From positions 192,001-244,561 of the forward strand of contig NZ_AUMD01000021.1 in the NCBI RefSeq assembly GCF_000430505.1: DNA of 52,561 bases. Direction: 5' to 3'. This DNA is from Eisenibacter elegans DSM 3317. Lineage in GTDB: Bacteria > Bacteroidota > Bacteroidia > Cytophagales > Microscillaceae. The stretch's first letter is position 1, and each line of letters starts with the position of its first letter. Positions 44,693 through 52,561 of the stretch are shown here, one piece after another. The position numbers and the translations under genes were made by a program. A model generated the notes under the pieces. The model had not been told where the DNA came from, did not search any database, and was given only the letters and a program-made list of their open reading frames with translations.

Positions 44693-45778
44693 CTATTCGT
44701 TTTGGTAGATAAAAGTATGGGCTTTGCCATCAGCCTTGATATAGCCGCGATACATCCCTTCGGAGTTGAAAGGCATCGCGAGGTTGCCGTGTTTGTCCAA
44801 GATAATGACACCGCCTTCGCCGTCGGCGGCCACGAGTTTGCGCATCAATACTTCTTCGCCGGCTTCAGACACGCTTTTCCCCGCATATTTGACCAAGGCA
44901 GCAATGTCATAGGCTACCACATAGCGGATAAAAAACTCTCCGTGCCCGGTGGCAGATACGGCGCAGCTGGCGTTATCGGCATAGGTACCTGCTCCGATGA
45001 TGGGCGTATCACCAACACGGCCATACTTCTTGTTCGTCATTCCGCCAGTGCTTGTGCCGGCCACTAGGTTGCCGTATTGGTCTAGGGCTACACAACCTAC
45101 TGTTCCGAACTTATAGTCGCGCAGGTCTTGTGGGATAGCCCCTTGGTCTTTGTTGTTGTGGTTTTGTCGCTCTTTCTCCTTGATACGCTCTATTTGAGAA
45201 GCACGTTCGGGCGTATGGAAGTAGGTCGGTTCGACGATAGTCAGGTTTTGCTCGCGGGCAAACTGCTCTGCGCCTTGCCCAATGAGCATCACGTGCTCGG
45301 TGTGTTCCATCACGGCACGGGCAGCGGTGATAGGGTTTTTGACAGTCGTAATGCCAGCTACTGCGCCGGCTTTCAGGGTTTTACCGTCCATCAGAGCTGC
45401 ATCGAGTTCGTTTTTCCCCTCACTGGTAAACACAGCGCCCTTGCCAGCGTTGAAAAGCGGGGAGTCTTCTAGGATTTTGATGGTCTCTACGACGGCATCC
45501 ATACTCGTGCCACCATTTCTGAGGATAGTATACCCTGCTTTGAGCGCCTCTTCCATTTTTGCGTGGTAGGCGGCCTCGCGCTCAGGGGTCATATCTTGCT
45601 TGCGGATAGTGCCTGCACCGCCGTGGATGACAAGCGTGATTTTGTCCTGTTGTGCCATCAGAGACATCATCCCGAGGCAGCAGCAGAGTAGGGTGGTGTA
45701 AATCGTTTTCATAGGCATTTTTGGGGAGAGTGAGAAAGGAACTAAGGTTTGTGTATCTAATATTCCCAAACCAACCAC
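44693..45778 (-). CDS. isoaspartyl peptidase / L-asparaginase (Ntn-hydrolase, plant-type asparaginase family)
   Basis: It has a signal peptide, TLVIHGGAG, and an autoproteolytic GTVGCVALD (Thr nucleophile after cleavage), plus GMTNKKYGRVGDTPIIGAGTYA. Confidence 0.85.
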   Translation of the reverse strand: MVGLGILDTQTLVPFSLSPKMPMKTIYTTLLCCCLGMMSLMAQQDKITLVIHGGAGTIRKQDMTPEREAAYHAKMEEALKAGYTILRNGGTSMDAVVETIKILEDSPLFNAGKGAVFTSEGKNELDAALMDGKTLKAGAVAGITTVKNPITAARAVMEHTEHVMLIGQGAEQFAREQNLTIVEPTYFHTPERASQIERIKEKERQNHNNKDQGAIPQDLRDYKFGTVGCVALDQYGNLVAGTSTGGMTNKKYGRVGDTPIIGAGTYADNASCAVSATGHGEFFIRYVVAYDIAALVKYAGKSVSEAGEEVLMRKLVAADGEGGVIILDKHGNLAMPFNSEGMYRGYIKADGKAHTFIYQNE

Positions 45779-45813
45779 TAAAGCTATGGATTAGCTTGAG
45801 CATCACGCTACCG

Positions 45814-45970
45814 GACATTTTCAAAACCCACAGTCAAAACTGTGGGCTAAGTCCCATTTTGGGCAAAATGAGACCTCAGCTTGTCTCGGAGCTGGAGCTT
45901 CGAGCTACTTTTCCAGAAATGCCCGGTGGCGTGCTTGGGCATAAAATAAATCTCGGGATAAATCTACAAC
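45814..45970 (+). repeat. family-B interspersed repeat (full copy) plus tail-like extension
   Basis: GACATTTTCAAAACCCACAG...GACCTCAGCTTGTCTCGGAGCTGGAGCTTCGAGCTACTTTTCCAGAAATGCCCGGTGGCGTG is followed by ATAAAATAAATCTCGGGATAAATCTACAAC. Confidence 0.7.
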
Positions 45971-45977
45971 TTTCTGC

Positions 45978-46784
45978 TTAATCAGCAATTGTATCTGTGG
46001 GCTTCTTAGTGCGTTGTGCTGTGTTATTTTTCCGAAGTGGTAGCTGGTACATCAATAAGAAGCCGAGCTGCCAATTGGCTCCGGTGCGGTCATTTTGTTT
46101 GAATCCGGGCACATCTGTGATGGCCATCGGGGTCTTGCTTTCGGTGAGCGCGAGGCGTAGATTGTAGCCCCCTTCCCAGCCCATAAAGATATTTTTCACT
46201 ACTTCGACCCTAAAGCCTAGGCCAAAGTTAAGCCAAGCTGCCAAGAGCTTGTCTTGTCGCCAGCTGATGGGCGTATTGCCCCACAAGGCGCTGTTATTGT
46301 CATAGCGAAGGCTTTGGTTAAACTGCGCCAGCCCGAGCATTGCTCCCACAAAAAACACGTCTCGGGTAGGGTATTTTAGCTCGCTATTGGGTTTATAAAA
46401 AGGTGCGATGGCTGCTCCAATTTGGGCGTATTGCCCTTGCATCTGAAACTGCGCACCGAGGTCACGCTCCAACTGTACATCAGCAAGACCGGCGGCCAAG
46501 CGCAAGAAGTATTTGTTGTCAAATAGTAGCTCAGCATTGCCTTCAAATCCAGCACTGCGCCCATCAATGAGGTGATACAGCGGTGCAGCCACATTTGTCC
46601 CAATACGTAGTCCGGTAGGCTTAAAGGGAACAGGGTATTTTTGAGGTTTTGGAGGTGGTTTTTTGGCCTTGGTCGAGTCGGCAGCCCTGTATTGAATGCC
46701 AGACGGATTGTTTTGCGCCTGAACGTGTAACAAACCAAGAAAAAGGCTAAAAATACAGATGTAGATGTACTTGGGCGGGGTCAT
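45978..46784 (-). CDS. hypothetical outer-membrane protein (beta-barrel-like)
   Basis: 268 aa with a signal peptide (IFSLFLGLLHVQAQ). It has alternating hydrophobic patterning and an aromatic C-terminal region. Confidence 0.45.
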   Translation of the reverse strand: MTPPKYIYICIFSLFLGLLHVQAQNNPSGIQYRAADSTKAKKPPPKPQKYPVPFKPTGLRIGTNVAAPLYHLIDGRSAGFEGNAELLFDNKYFLRLAAGLADVQLERDLGAQFQMQGQYAQIGAAIAPFYKPNSELKYPTRDVFFVGAMLGLAQFNQSLRYDNNSALWGNTPISWRQDKLLAAWLNFGLGFRVEVVKNIFMGWEGGYNLRLALTESKTPMAITDVPGFKQNDRTGANWQLGFLLMYQLPLRKNNTAQRTKKPTDTIAD

Positions 46785-47211
46785 TGCTGATATTGGTGGA
46801 GATAATGGCTAGGGAGTCAAAAGTGCTCTTGGCACTTCGGATACTGACCGAGTTACGGAAATCACAATCGAGGTACACCGTTCGGTTGTAGTCGATGGTA
46901 AGGGTGTCGGTTCGGGCGATGTCATTGCGGCTGATGAGATAGCTGACCACTGTTTGGGTAGGGTGGACGGGTAGCAACCAGCGGCCTTGAACTGACTGCA
47001 CAGGAAGGCTGCGTGGCTCATCAGCAATGATGGCCAACACACTGCCCAGCCCCGAAGCAACTGTATCTGTCGGGGCGCTTTTGCGGAAAAACAACAGCCT
47101 GACCTGCTCTTCTTGGGTTACGACCGGAGGGCAGGCTTCGCGGCAAGCACTCAGGCATAGCGCAATACAGGCCAATAAAAGGCTAAGAAAAGATTTTGGG
47201 GTAGAAATCAT
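46747..47211 (-). CDS. hypothetical lipoprotein
   Basis: 154 aa with a lipobox LCLSAC. It overlaps the downstream gene by 38 nt, which suggests translational coupling. Confidence 0.45.
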   Translation of the reverse strand: MISTPKSFLSLLLACIALCLSACREACPPVVTQEEQVRLLFFRKSAPTDTVASGLGSVLAIIADEPRSLPVQSVQGRWLLPVHPTQTVVSYLISRNDIARTDTLTIDYNRTVYLDCDFRNSVSIRSAKSTFDSLAIISTNISNDPAQVHLHLYF

Positions 47212-47251
47212 AGGTCAAAATTAGCAAAAAGCTTAGGATATATACCCTATG

Positions 47252-47346
47252 AAAATTAGTTTGGGAAATTGATGGGCTAAAAATCGTTGACAATCAAGGG
47301 AATCAAATCAAGTAAACCCTCAAATCAACTAAATCTTGCTATAAAG
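47252..47346 (+). repeat. family-A interspersed repeat (full copy)
   Basis: AAAATTAGTTTGGGAAATTGATGGGCTAAAAATCGTTGACAATCAAGGGAATCAAATCAAGTAAACCCTCAAATCAACTAAATCTTGCTATAAAG lies between the sodA stop and the next gene's start. Confidence 0.75.
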
Positions 47347-47415
47347 ACAAAACGCAAGCGTCGAAACACTTGCGTTTGCCAACAGAAGTTGTGTAAGGGC
47401 TAAAGCCATTACCGA

Positions 47416-48024
47416 TTATTTGGCCGCAGTATAGTTTTCGGCTACCTTGTTCCAGTCAATCACATTCCAGAAAGCCGCCACATAGTCGGGGCGACGGTTT
47501 TGGTACTTGAGGTAGTAGGCGTGTTCCCACACATCGATACCCAAAATAGGCATTCCGGTAGCGCCTACGTTAGGCATCAAGGGGTTATCTTGATTGGGAG
47601 TAGAGCTTACCTCTAGTTTGCCTCCTTTGTGTACACAAAGCCAAGCCCAGCCAGAGCCGAAGCGCGTGGTTGCTGCTGCTGAGAAAGCCTCTTTGAATTT
47701 CTCAAAAGAGCCAAAATCACGGTCGATGGCTGCTGCCAGCTCACCACTAGGCGAGCCACCACCATTAGGACTCATTACTGTCCAGAATAGGTTATGGTTA
47801 TAAAAACCACCGGCATTGTTGCGTACAGCGGCAGGGTGTTTATCAATAGTTTGCAGAATCTCCTCTATGGTCTTTCCTTCCAACTCCGTACCCTCGATGG
47901 CTTTGTTGAGGTTGGTGGTATACCCGGCGTGGTGCTTGCCGTGGTGAATTTCCATCGTGGCTTTATCGATATGGGGTTCTAGCGCGTCGTGCGCATAAGG
48001 CAAATTAGGTAGTTCGAAAGGCAT
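47416..48024 (-). CDS. sodA: superoxide dismutase [Mn/Fe]
   Basis: [32 protein letters not shown] and [18 protein letters not shown] fit the family. The start is placed at MPFELP (48024), whereas the ORF track begins at 48069. Confidence 0.9.
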   Translation of the reverse strand: MPFELPNLPYAHDALEPHIDKATMEIHHGKHHAGYTTNLNKAIEGTELEGKTIEEILQTIDKHPAAVRNNAGGFYNHNLFWTVMSPNGGGSPSGELAAAIDRDFGSFEKFKEAFSAAATTRFGSGWAWLCVHKGGKLEVSSTPNQDNPLMPNVGATGMPILGIDVWEHAYYLKYQNRRPDYVAAFWNVIDWNKVAENYTAAK

Positions 48025-48207
48025 AATCATTGTTGTTTTGTGTGAATAAATGGTAAAAATAACTAGCACAAACAGCTGTTGATACTATAAAAGCAAAATG
48101 GCTTTTGCACCATTGGATTTGTATAAATAAACAAATCCTGTTGGGTTTAGTTCGTTTGTTGGGTAGATATTTCTACCCAAACTACCGCTGGAGGGGCTTG
48201 GTTGCTG

Positions 48208-50085
48208 TTAATAAGCCCTGTCTAGTTTCCCTGCCATATAGTTGACAAAAGCCCTGTTGACAACACGGTTGCCGCCCTTGGTGGGGTAGTTGCCTGTAAA
48301 ATACCAGTCGCCTTGATGGTTGGGGCAGGCCTGAAGTAGGTTGTCCACCGTTTGGTAAATTACATCTACGCTAGCATTGATTTTTGGGGTGTGGATGATT
48401 TGGGCAATCTTGGCCGAAATCTCCAAGTCTGTAAAAGGCTCATAGAGCGCCTGTACGTAGTTGTGGTCGGCACCGCTGGGGTCGTCGAGGGAGGCAAGGC
48501 AGCGCTGATATACTTCTTCGATAAGGCCTTCGCGGCCTGTTTCATTAAGCAAGGCCATCACAGCACGAAAAGCAATAAAGCTCCCCATACGCGACATATC
48601 GATGCCATAACAATCGGGGAAGCGAATCTGTGGCGCAGAGGAGACGATAATGATTTTCTTGGGCTGTAGGCGGTCTACGAGGCGTAGGATGCTTTTTTCG
48701 AGGGTAGTACCCCGCACAATAGAGTCATCAATCAAGACAATGTTGTCTACTCCTTTCTGAATGACTTCGTAGGTTGTGTCATACACATTGGCCACGAGGT
48801 CGTCGCGGTGTTCGTCGTCAGTAATGAAAGTACGAAGCTTGGCATCTTTGATGACTAACTTTTCGACCCTAGGCCTGAAAGAAAGCAGCTCTCCCAGCCG
48901 CTCAGCGCTAAGGCTGTCTTTTTCCAATAAAATCTTTTTACGCTCATCGATGAGGTAATGCTCCATTCCTTGCAAAACACCCAAAAAGGCAGTTTCGGCA
49001 GTATTGGGGATATAAGAAAAGACCGTATTGGCCAAGTCATAATCGATTGACTTCAGGATTTGGGGGCAGAGCAGGCGACCTAAATGTTTGCGTTCTTGGT
49101 AGATAGCAGGGTCTGATCCGCGTGAAAAATAAATCCGCTCAAAGCTACAACGTTGCGGCGGTTGTTGGGCGATGAAAGTATCCAGCTTGTAATTGCCTTC
49201 TTTGTCAATAACTAGGGCGTGCCCGCGAGGAATTTCTTGAATATCATCGTACTCAACATTGAAGGCGGCTTTGATAGCCGGTTTTTCGGAGGCCGCCACA
49301 ATGACCTCTTCGTTGGCGTAAAAGTAGGCAGGGCGTATGCCGTGAGGATCTCGGGCAACAAAAGACGCGCCGTATCCGGTGATGCCAGCCATCGCATAGC
49401 CTCCATCAAAATCACGGCAGGCGCGCTCCAAAACACGGAAAAGGTCAATCTCGCGCTCCAAAATCGGAGTCATTTCGCGTTTGCTGTATTGGCCTTTGTA
49501 TTGGGCGTAGATTCGTTCGTTTTCCTCATCCAAAAAATGCCCGATTTTTTCCATCACCAAGACCGTATCAACCTTATCCTTGGGGTGTTGACCCAGCTCT
49601 AGGAGCACCTCGAAAAGCTCGTCTACATTGGTGAGGTTGAAATTTCCGGCTACAATCAGGTTTTTGCTGCGCCAGTTGCTTTGCCGCAAAAAAGGGTGGC
49701 AGTTCTCGATGCTGTTGCCCCCGTGTGTACCATAGCGCAGGTGTCCGAGCAAGACTTCGCCCATATAGGGAAGATTTTCTTTAATCCATAGCGGGTCTTG
49801 AGCTTGGGCTTTCGAAACCCCTTTGAGCGCTTGCTCTATCCGGTTGTTGGCGGTTTCGAACAAATATTCAATGGGGCGCTCATCGGTTGTACGGATGCGG
49901 CTGATGTAGCGTTTGCCCGGAGGCACGTCTATTTTGAGGGTAGCAAGCCCTGCTCCGTCTTGACCTCTGTTGTGCTGTTTTTGCATCAACAAATAAAGCT
50001 TGCGCAAGCCATAAGAAGAGGTATTGTATTTTTCTACGTAATAGGGGAAGGGTTTCCTAAATCTAATCAGTGCGATTCCACACAT
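48208..50085 (-). CDS. purF: amidophosphoribosyltransferase (long-form class II glutamine amidotransferase + PRTase)
   Basis: MCGIALIRF fits the Ntn Cys1 after Met removal. The rest is a class II glutamine amidotransferase domain with a C-terminal PRTase region. The track ORF carries a 35-aa hydrophobic N-terminal extension that is very probably untranslated, so the start is set at the MCG Met (50085). Confidence 0.85.
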   Translation of the reverse strand: MCGIALIRFRKPFPYYVEKYNTSSYGLRKLYLLMQKQHNRGQDGAGLATLKIDVPPGKRYISRIRTTDERPIEYLFETANNRIEQALKGVSKAQAQDPLWIKENLPYMGEVLLGHLRYGTHGGNSIENCHPFLRQSNWRSKNLIVAGNFNLTNVDELFEVLLELGQHPKDKVDTVLVMEKIGHFLDEENERIYAQYKGQYSKREMTPILEREIDLFRVLERACRDFDGGYAMAGITGYGASFVARDPHGIRPAYFYANEEVIVAASEKPAIKAAFNVEYDDIQEIPRGHALVIDKEGNYKLDTFIAQQPPQRCSFERIYFSRGSDPAIYQERKHLGRLLCPQILKSIDYDLANTVFSYIPNTAETAFLGVLQGMEHYLIDERKKILLEKDSLSAERLGELLSFRPRVEKLVIKDAKLRTFITDDEHRDDLVANVYDTTYEVIQKGVDNIVLIDDSIVRGTTLEKSILRLVDRLQPKKIIIVSSAPQIRFPDCYGIDMSRMGSFIAFRAVMALLNETGREGLIEEVYQRCLASLDDPSGADHNYVQALYEPFTDLEISAKIAQIIHTPKINASVDVIYQTVDNLLQACPNHQGDWYFTGNYPTKGGNRVVNRAFVNYMAGKLDRAY

Positions 50086-50526
50086 AGTTTCCGTAAGCTT
50101 GAAAGGGGAAAATACCAAAGTCAAAACCAAAGCGCAAAGGTAGGCCGTGGCCTTGGGATAACAAAAAAGACTGGCCATAAATTCCGACAAAAGCCTTTAA
50201 CACACTTACCAATGCCTTGTACTAAAGCAAGGGTTACCTCATCGTTTCGGAGCGTATCAACCCAAGACTGTCATTGTAATTTTTGAGGCTTAAATGAAGC
50301 AATGAAGCCAGCGCACCAAAATACGTATTTTTGTGTTTTTCAATAAAACAGCGTTTATAGATTCACATTTTGTTGTATTTTTGCCATTAAGTCCAAAAGT
50401 ACAACTACTAAACAACCCAAACCTCAGGTGTAAGAAGCCTTTGGAATTATCATAATCTTTCGTTTTTGGTATAGATGTTGAACAAATCCCCTACAACACA
50501 ACCAACAAATCACACCAAAACCAAAG

Positions 50527-52561
50527 ATGATTGTAAGCAAAGCGATGAAGACGACCAATTATCTACAAAACTACACCCTACAGCTCTTGATATGGGGGCT
50601 GCTATGCGCCAGCTGGATAGGGCTAAGCCCGCTATCTGCTCAAACAACATACTATGTAAGGCACAATGCCACTGTCAATGCAGGAACTTCTTGGGCCACT
50701 GCTACAACCCTACAAGACGCGCTGAGTAAGGCCGTAGCCAATGACGAAATCTGGCTTGCCCAAGGGACATACACCCCGGGGGCTACACGCTCCAGCCGAT
50801 TCAATATCAACACCAATGGTATACGGATGTATGGCGGGTTTGTGGGTACAGAAACATCTCTGACTCAACGTGATTGGCAAAACAACCTGACCATCATCAG
50901 CGGAGATATAGGTACAGTAGGCGTACATACTGACAACAACTTTGTGTTGTTCCTGATTGGCTCGGCTGTTACCCGTACTACCCGCATTGATGGCCTAGTT
51001 TTTCGACACGCCTACAACGATAATCCGCTGGCAAGTGCCAAAGGCGGCTGGGGAGGGGCTATCCGAAGCGAAGGCGCTCCTACCATCATCAATTGTACTT
51101 TCGAGAACAACTTTGCCCGATGGGGAGCCGCTATTTTCAATGATGATGTATTGGCTTTCCCCGAAATCCGCAATTGTATTTTCCGAAATAATATCGGAGA
51201 ACGTGATGCCGGTGGAATTTATAACTTTAAGAATTTTAATCTCAGTTTTGACCCCAATACCAACAACAATATCGGCTTCTTAGTGGCCGATTGCCATTTT
51301 GAAAACAATACCGGCAATGGAGACAGTGGCGGCGGCTCATTATATGGTGGTGGGGCTATGTATAATGACAATGCTTCGGGCACTGTACGCAACACTACTT
51401 TTACCAACAATACTGGTACAGGTGCGGTGTCTTATGGAGGGGCAATCTTCAACTATGCCCATAATACTTACACCGGCGGTATGGCGCTTAACAACCAACG
51501 AAGATTCGATATCTTGATAGATGGTTGTACTTTTGAGAATAACGGGGCGCTTACTTCGGGCGGTGCCATTCAAAATACCTATGGCACAGGTGCCCTAGAC
51601 ATTACTCGTTGTACAATCATTAACTCTAACTTTGCTAACAATAGCCCCGATAATGTCTCTAACTTCGGCGCTGTAGTCGTAGCTCCTGCTGCAATACCCA
51701 ATGTCAACCTAACTGTAAACAATAATAAGCCTATTATCTGTCGAGGAGATTTCGCTTCGTTTACCATCCAAAATGCACAAGCAGGAGTCTCTTATAGGGT
51801 TTTTAGGGCTGATAACAATGTAGCACAGTCCGGAGCTGTAACGGGTACAGGAGCTAACCTGACACTCACCACCGGCAATCAACTGGATGCCGGTACTTTC
51901 AGTTACTATATCCTTGCCCGAAATACGACAACCAACACCACGGTACGTCTCAATACAGAGCCATCGGTAACGATAAACCCTTCTCCTACATCAACAATCT
52001 CTACACCTAGTACTACTGTTTGTCAAGGGGAACCGGTAACATTTACAATAACAGAGACACTGGTTAATTATGAGTTTTATGTAGGTACTCCTTTTTTGGA
52101 TGAGAATCTTGTGCAGAGCGGTACTTCTAATACCTTTACTACGAGCTCTTTGCTAAACAATCAATTTGTATGGGCAAGAGGAACAAATGCGAATGGCTGC
52201 ACTTCTTTCAGCGACTTTATTCGAATGACGGTCAACACGCCCGTAACGCCATCAGTATCTATATCAGCAAGTTCGACGGAGATTTGCAGCGGCAGCAATG
52301 TGAGCTTTACGGCCACACCGGTGAATGGCGGAGTCAGCCCCACATATCAGTGGCGAGTGAACGGGTCTGATGTATCCGGAGCTACATCGAACACATTCAA
52401 CAGCAGCAGTTTGTCCAATGGGGATGTGGTGAGTGTGTTGTTGACAAGTTCTTTGACTTGTGTGAGCAGCGCTACAGCCAGCTCCAACACCATCGCGATG
52501 ACAGTCAACACGCCCGTAACGCCATCAGTATCTATATCAGCAAGTTCGACGGAGATTTGCA
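50527..52561 (+). CDS. large secreted adhesin-like protein with right-handed beta-helix repeats and tandem Ig-like (SprB/PKD-like) domains; 5' part only
   Basis: The frame stays open from the ATG at 50527 to the window end (over 678 codons) and is absent from the ORF track because no stop falls in the window. A signal peptide (LLIWGLLCASWIGLSPLSAQ) is followed by repeated NCTFENN/NCIFRNN/DCHFENN/GCTFENN blocks, then by about 91-aa Ig-like units (VNTPVTPSVSISASSTEICSGSNVSFTATPVNGG...YQWRVNGS). Confidence 0.75.
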   Translation, partial: MIVSKAMKTTNYLQNYTLQLLIWGLLCASWIGLSPLSAQTTYYVRHNATVNAGTSWATATTLQDALSKAVANDEIWLAQGTYTPGATRSSRFNINTNGIRMYGGFVGTETSLTQRDWQNNLTIISGDIGTVGVHTDNNFVLFLIGSAVTRTTRIDGLVFRHAYNDNPLASAKGGWGGAIRSEGAPTIINCTFENNFARWGAAIFNDDVLAFPEIRNCIFRNNIGERDAGGIYNFKNFNLSFDPNTNNNIGFLVADCHFENNTGNGDSGGGSLYGGGAMYNDNASGTVRNTTFTNNTGTGAVSYGGAIFNYAHNTYTGGMALNNQRRFDILIDGCTFENNGALTSGGAIQNTYGTGALDITRCTIINSNFANNSPDNVSNFGAVVVAPAAIPNVNLTVNNNKPIICRGDFASFTIQNAQAGVSYRVFRADNNVAQSGAVTGTGANLTLTTGNQLDAGTFSYYILARNTTTNTTVRLNTEPSVTINPSPTSTISTPSTTVCQGEPVTFTITETLVNYEFYVGTPFLDENLVQSGTSNTFTTSSLLNNQFVWARGTNANGCTSFSDFIRMTVNTPVTPSVSISASSTEICSGSNVSFTATPVNGGVSPTYQWRVNGSDVSGATSNTFNSSSLSNGDVVSVLLTSSLTCVSSATASSNTIAMTVNTPVTPSVSISASSTEIC

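Noticed and set aside
48160-48177. Hairpin GGGTAGA-TATT-TCTACCC after the purF stop as a terminator
   Set aside because: No T-run follows on the minus strand. It may be a structured element but is not a convincing intrinsic terminator.
50475-50729. 84-aa ORF reported in the track at the start of the adhesin locus
   Set aside because: It is in the wrong frame. The real gene starts at ATG 50527 in the +1 frame and stays open to the end of the window with clear beta-helix and Ig-like repeats.
1-52561. tRNA, rRNA or tmRNA genes in intergenic gaps
   Set aside because: No T-loop (GGTTCGAATCC-like) or acceptor-stem signatures were seen in any intergenic region longer than 100 nt. This was a scan by eye only, so tRNAscan, Infernal and barrnap should confirm it.

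Overview
This is a 52.6-kb chromosomal window, most likely from a Bacteroidota genome (GC about 50%). That assignment rests on a GWxTD protein, a T9SS-type C-terminal sorting signal with a YPNP motif, an SprB/Ig-like repeat adhesin, and the absence of Shine-Dalgarno sequences. Coding density is high and most genes are core metabolism or envelope functions. I see no rRNA, tRNA, CRISPR array, transposase or integrase. Recognisable genes are an OmpA-like protein, a MerR regulator, an SGNH hydrolase, purN, a 2OG-Fe(II) oxygenase, a GWxTD protein, valS, pyk, a standalone receiver domain, ComEC, hemN, pruA, a Crp/Fnr regulator, a Cys-rich-CWC/thioesterase fusion, metE, a deoxyhypusine-synthase-like gene, a RimK-associated protease plus rimK, a HAD hydrolase, an M50 site-2 protease, an esterase, an S9 peptidase, a GNAT acetyltransferase, a P-type ATPase, a T9SS beta-helix cargo protein, an OM beta-barrel protein, crtZ, ispH, an isoaspartyl peptidase/asparaginase, sodA, purF, and a 5'-partial adhesin-like gene running off the window. 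The metE leader carries a clear cobalamin riboswitch. The most unusual non-coding signal is a pair of related, modular, interspersed repeat families that recur at least 10 times in intergenic DNA. Family A is about 100 nt and holds a perfect 17-bp palindrome, TCCTTGATAATCAAGGA, and an AATCTTGGCATAA tail. Family B is about 125 nt with imperfect ACATTTTT terminal inverted repeats and shares the family-A tail. Full copies usually sit just past a stop codon, in one case between the stop and the terminator, while tail-only copies sit upstream of starts. Other candidate novelties are a three-gene cluster of uncharacterised secreted and lipoproteins next to ispH, a deoxyhypusine-synthase-like gene divergent from the rimK pair, and a very recent in-frame 273-bp duplication in the adhesin gene. 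Several clean rho-independent terminators are annotated.
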